Positions 58,838 to 64,000 of a DNA stretch of 64,000 nucleotides are shown here, piece by piece (within the stretch, counting starts at the first letter, position 1; every line of letters starts with the position of its first letter). The DNA lies in assembly GCF_009914755.1 (NCBI RefSeq), contig NC_060945.1, one strand, 5' to 3'. The notes beneath the pieces are model-generated. The model worked only from the letters and a program-made list of their open reading frames with translations, searched no databases and was not told where the DNA came from. This DNA comes from the human T2T-CHM13v2.0 reference genome, Homo sapiens. A program made the position numbers and the translations under genes.

Positions 58838-61800
58838 GCAATGGAACACAACAAAATGGAAAAAACCCGAGTGGAATGGCATGGAATGGAAAGGACTTGA
58901 ATATAATGGAATGGATTGGTATCATCCCGATTAGAAATTAATGGAATGGAATGGAATGGAAAGGAATGGAATGGAATGGAACCTACACAAGTGGAATGGA
59001 ATGAAATGGAAATAAATGGAATGGAATAGAATGGAAAGGAATGGAACGGAATGGAATGGAATGGAATGGAATCTACACGAGTGGAATGGAATGGAATGGA
59101 ATTTAATGGAATGGAATGGAATAGAATGGTATGGAATCAACCCGAGTGGAATGGTAAAGAATGCAATGTAATGGAACGGAATGGAATGGAATAAAATGGA
59201 ATGGAATGGAATGGAAACAACCCGAGTTGAATGGAATGGAATGGAATAACCGGAGAGGAATGGAATGGAATGCAGGGTAATGGAATGGAATAGAATGGAA
59301 TGGAATGGAATGGAATAGAATGAAATGGAAAGGAATGGAATAGAAACAACCCGAGTGGAATGGAATGGAATGGAATCCACCCGAGTGGAATGGAATGCAA
59401 TGGAATTGAACGGAATATAATGGAATTGAATAGAATCATCCTGAGTGGAATGGAATGGTATCTAATGCAATGGAGTGGAATGGAACAGAACTGAATGGGA
59501 TGGAAAGAATAGATTGAATCCAAGTGGAATTGAATGGAATGAAATGGATTCGAAAGGAATGGAATGGATTGGAATGGATTGGAATGGAAAGGAATGGATT
59601 CAACCCGAGTGGAATGTAATGGATTGGAATGGAGTGGAATGGAATGGAATGGAATCAACACGAATGGAATGGAACGGAATGGAATGGAATGGTATGGAAT
59701 GAAATAGAAAGGAACGGAATAGAATCAACCAAAGTGGAATGGAATGGAATGGAATGGAAGGGAATCAACACGAGTGGAATTGAATGGAAAGGAATGCAAT
59801 GGAATGGAATGGAATGGAATGGAATGGAATGGAATGGAATTCAATGGAATCAACCCGAGTGGAATGGAATGCTATGGAATGCAATGGAATGGAGTGGAAC
59901 AGAACGGAATGGAATTGCATGGAATTGATTGAATCCGAGTGGAATTGAACGGAAGGGAATGCATTGGAATGGAATGGAAAGGATTCAACCCGAGTGGAAT
60001 GTAATGGAATGGAGTGGAGTGGAATGGAATGGTATGGATTGGAATGGAATGGAATGGAATGGAATCAACACAAAGGGAATGGAATGGAATGGAATAGAAT
60101 GGAAAGGAATGGAATGGAATGGTATGGAATGTAATGTAATGGAATGGAATGGAATGAAATGGAATCAACCGGAATGGAATGGAATGGAATGGAATGGAAA
60201 TGAATCAAACCGAGTGGAATGGAATGGAATGGAATGGAAACAATGCCATGCAATGGTATCAACGGGAATGGAATGCATTGGAATGGAATGGAATGGAATC
60301 ACCCTGAGTGGATAGGAAAGGAATGGAAGGGAATGGAAAGGAATGGAATGGAATGGAAACTAATGGAAGGGAATGGAAACAACCCGAGTGGAATGGAATG
60401 GAATGGAATGGAATGGAATGGAATGGAATGGAATGGAATACAACAAAATGGAAACAACCCGAGTGGAATGGCATGGAATGGAAAGGACCTGAATATAATG
60501 GAATGGATTGGAATCAACCCGATTAGAAACTAATGGAATGGAATGGAATGGAATGGAATGGAATGGAATGGAATGGAATGGATTGGAATTTACCCGAATG
60601 GAATGGAATGTAATGAAATTAAATGGAATGGAAAGGAATGGAAAGGAATGGAATGGAATCTACACGAGTGGAATGGAATTGAATTGAATTTAATGGAATT
60701 GAACGGAATACAATGATATGGAATCAACCCGTGTGGAATGGTATAGAATGTAATGTAATGGAATGGAATGGAATAAAATGGAATGGACTGGAATGGAAAC
60801 AAAACGAGTGGAACGGAATGGAATAACCTGAGAGGAATGGAATGGAATGGAGTGGAATGGAATGGAATAGAATGGAATGGAATGGAATGGAATAGAATGA
60901 AATTGAAAGGAATGGAATGGAAACAACCCGTGTGGAATGGAATGGAAAGGAATCAACCTGAAGGGTATGGAATGGAATGGAATGGAATGGAATGGAATGG
61001 AATGGAATGGAATCAACCAGAGTGGAATGCAATGGAATGAAATGGAATTGAAATGAATGGAATGGAACGGAATGGAACGGAACGGAATTGAATCGAATGG
61101 AATCAACCCAAATTGAAAGGAATGGAATGGAATGGACTGGAATGGAATGGAATGGAATGGAATGGATTGGAATGGATTCAACACAAATGGAATGGAATGG
61201 AACGGAATGGAATAGAATGGAAAGGAGTGGAATGCAATTGAATGGAATGAAATGGAATAAACCCGAATGGAATGGAATGGAATGGAATGGAATGGAATTG
61301 AGTGGAATGGAATAAACACCAGTGGAATGAAATGGAATGGAATGGAATGGAATGAAATCAACACGAGTAGAACGGAACGGAATGGAATGGAATGGAAAGG
61401 AATGGAATCAACTGGAATGGAATGAAATGGAATGGAATGGAGTGGAATGTAATGGAATGCAATGGAATCAACAAGAGTGAAATGCAAAGGAATGGAATGG
61501 AATGGAATGGAATGGAATGGAATGGAATACAACAAAATGGAAAGAACTCGAGTGGAATGGCAAGGAATGGAAAGGACTTGAATAAAATGGAATGGATTGG
61601 AATCAACCCGATTAGAAACTAGTGGAAAGGAATGGAATGGAATGGAATCTGCCCGAGTGGAATGGAATGGAATGGAATTGAATGGAATGGAATGGAGTGG
61701 AATAGAATAGAATGGAATGGAATGGAACGGAATGGAAGGGAATTGAATGGAATAGAATGGAATCGAATCTACCCGAGTGGAATGGAATGGAAAGGAATTT

Positions 61801-64000
61801 AATGGAATGGAAAGGAATGGAATGGAATGGAATGGAATGGAATGGAATGGAATGGAATGGAATAAACACCAGTGGAATGAAATGGAATGGAATGGAATGG
61901 AATGCAATGGAATGGAATGGAATGGAGTGGAATGGAATAAACACCAGTGGAATGAAATGGAATGGAATGGAATGGAATGCAATGGAATGGAATGGAATGG
62001 AATGGAATGGAATGGAATGGAATGGAAACTACTGGAATGGAATGGAAACAACCCGAGTGGAATGGAATGCAATGGAATGGAATGGAATGGAATGACACGG
62101 AATGGAATGGAATGGACTGGAATGGAATTTAAAGGAATGGAATGGAATCAACCCGACTGGAATGGAATGGAATGTAAAGCAGTGAATGGAATGTAATGGA
62201 ATGAAATGGAATGGAATGGAATGGTATGCAATGCAGTGGAATGGATTTGAATGGAATGGAACGGAACGGAACGGAATGGAATGGAATGGAATGGAATGGA
62301 ATGGACACCAATGGAATGGAATGGAATGGAATGGAATTGAATGGAATGGAATGGAATGGATTGGAATGGATGGGAATGGAATGGAACGGAATTAACCGGA
62401 GTGGAATGCAATGGAATGGAATGGAGTGGAATGGAATCAACCCGAGTGGAATGGAATGGAATGGAATGGAATGGAATGGAATGGAATGGAATGGAATCAA
62501 CACGAATGGACTGGAACGGAATGGAATGGAATGGAATGGAATGGAATGGAATGGAATGGAATGGAATGGAATAGTATGGTATGGAATGAAATGGAAAGGA
62601 ACAGAATGGAATCAACCCAAGTGGAGTGGAATAGAATGGAATGGAAGGGAATCAATACGAGTCAAATGGAATGGAGTGGAATGCAATGGAATGGAATGGA
62701 ATGAAATGAAATGGAATGTAATGGAATGGAATGGAATTCAAGGGAATCAATCCGAGTGGAATGGAATGGTATGGAATGCAATGGAATGGAGTGGAACAGA
62801 ACGGAATGGAATGGAATGGAATTGATTGAATCCGAATGGAATTGAATGGAAGGGAATGCATTGGAATGGAATAGAAAGGATTCAACCCGAGTGGAAAGTA
62901 ATGGATTGGAATGGAATGGAAAGGAATAGAATGGAATCAACACAAATGGAATGGAATGGAATGGAATGGAAAGGAATGGATTGCAATGGAATGGAATGGA
63001 ATGGAATGGAATGGAATGCAATGCAATGGAATGGAATGGAATGCAATGCAATGGAATGGAATGGAATAAACCCGAATGGAATGGAATGGAATGGAATGCA
63101 ATGCCATGGAATGGAATGGAATGGAGTGGAATGGAATAAACAGAAGTGGAATGAATTGGAATGGAATGAAATGGAATGGAATGGAATGGAATGGACTGGA
63201 ATGAAATAAACCCGAGTAGAATGGAACGGAATGGATTGGAATGGAAAGGAATTGAATAAACTGGAATGGAATGAAATGGAATGGAAGGGAGTGGAATGGA
63301 ATGGAATACAATGGAATCAACACGAGTGGAATGCAATGCAACGGAAGGGAAAGGAATGGAATGGAACGGAACCAACCCGAGTGGAGTGGAATAAAGTGGA
63401 ATGGAATGGAGTATGATCAACCTGAGTGGAACGGAATGCAATGGAATGGAATGGAATGGAATGGTTTCAACCAGAGTGGAATGGAATGGAATGGAATGGA
63501 ACGGAATGGAATGCAATGGATGTAACTGGAATGGAATGGAATGGAATGGAATGGAATGGAATGGAATGGAATGGAACGGAATCAACATGAGTCAAATGGA
63601 ATGGAATGGAATGGAATGGAATGGAGTCAACACGAATGGACTGGAACGTAATGGAATGGAATGGAATGGAATGGTATGGTTTGGAATGAAATGGAAAGGA
63701 ACGGAATGGAATCAACCCAAGTGGAGTGGAATAGAATGGAATGGAAGGGAATGAAGACGAGTCAAATGGAATGGAATGGAATGCAATGGAAAGGAAAGGA
63801 ATGCAATGAAATGGAATGGAATGGAATGGAATGGAATGCAATGGAATGGAATGGAATTCAGTGAAATGGAATGGAATAGAATGGAATGGAATAGAATGGA
63901 ATCTACTGTAATGGAATGGAAACAACCAGAGTGGAATGGAATGGAATGGAATGGAATGGAATGGAATGGAATGGAATGGAAAGGAACGGAATGTAAAGGA
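58838..64000 (+). repeat. Block B copy 4 (truncated by window end)
   Basis: Same start landmark as the other B copies; ACTAGT at 61618. Confidence 0.9.

Larger units (their letters stand above)
1..64000 (+). repeat. Satellite 3 (HSat3/SatIII-type) array: (GGAAT)n with interspersed CAACCCGA(G/A)T decamers; pericentromeric/heterochromatic satellite DNA
   Basis: Every line consists of GGAAT or 1-2 nt variants (GCAAT, GGAAC, GGAAA, TGAAT, GTAAT). CAACCCGAGT or a variant recurs roughly every 50-150 bp. This combination is the established definition of satellite 3. The array runs off both ends of the window. Confidence 0.98.

Noticed and set aside
1-64000. CRISPR-like appearance of CAACCCGAGT recurring between variable stretches
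   Set aside because: The repeat is only 10 bp, spacing is irregular, the intervening sequences are themselves GGAAT satellite, and there is no leader or cas gene.
1-64000. HSat2, telomeric repeat or (GGAA)n microsatellite identity
   Set aside because: The regular HSat2 GAATCATC(GA) pattern is not dominant, there is no TTAGGG array, and the period is 5 (GGAAT) rather than 4.

Overview
The entire 64 kb window is one uninterrupted, single-orientation array of (GGAAT)n pentamers with the interspersed decamer CAACCCGA(G/A)T. This is the diagnostic composition of classical human/hominoid satellite 3 (HSat3/SatIII). I found no genes, RNA genes, transposons or CRISPR arrays. All listed ORFs (MEWNG.../IPFHS...) are artefacts of a pentamer that has no stop codon in any of the six frames. 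The real information is in the higher-order structure, read from rare sequence landmarks. Positions 1-11.2 kb are a mosaic of older 3.6-4.8 kb-offset duplications. From 11,186 onward the order is A1-B1-C-B2 | A2-B3 | A3-B4... (A about 9.0 kb, B about 6.4-6.5 kb, C about 1.3 kb). Diagnostic variants suggest a ~23.3 kb higher-order unit (A-B-C-B') and one ~15.4 kb deletion derivative, whose block B3 is a B/B' chimera. I see no evidence for a new protein- or RNA-encoded system. The chromosome and HSat3 subfamily cannot be assigned by eye, and all copy comparisons were made manually rather than by alignment.
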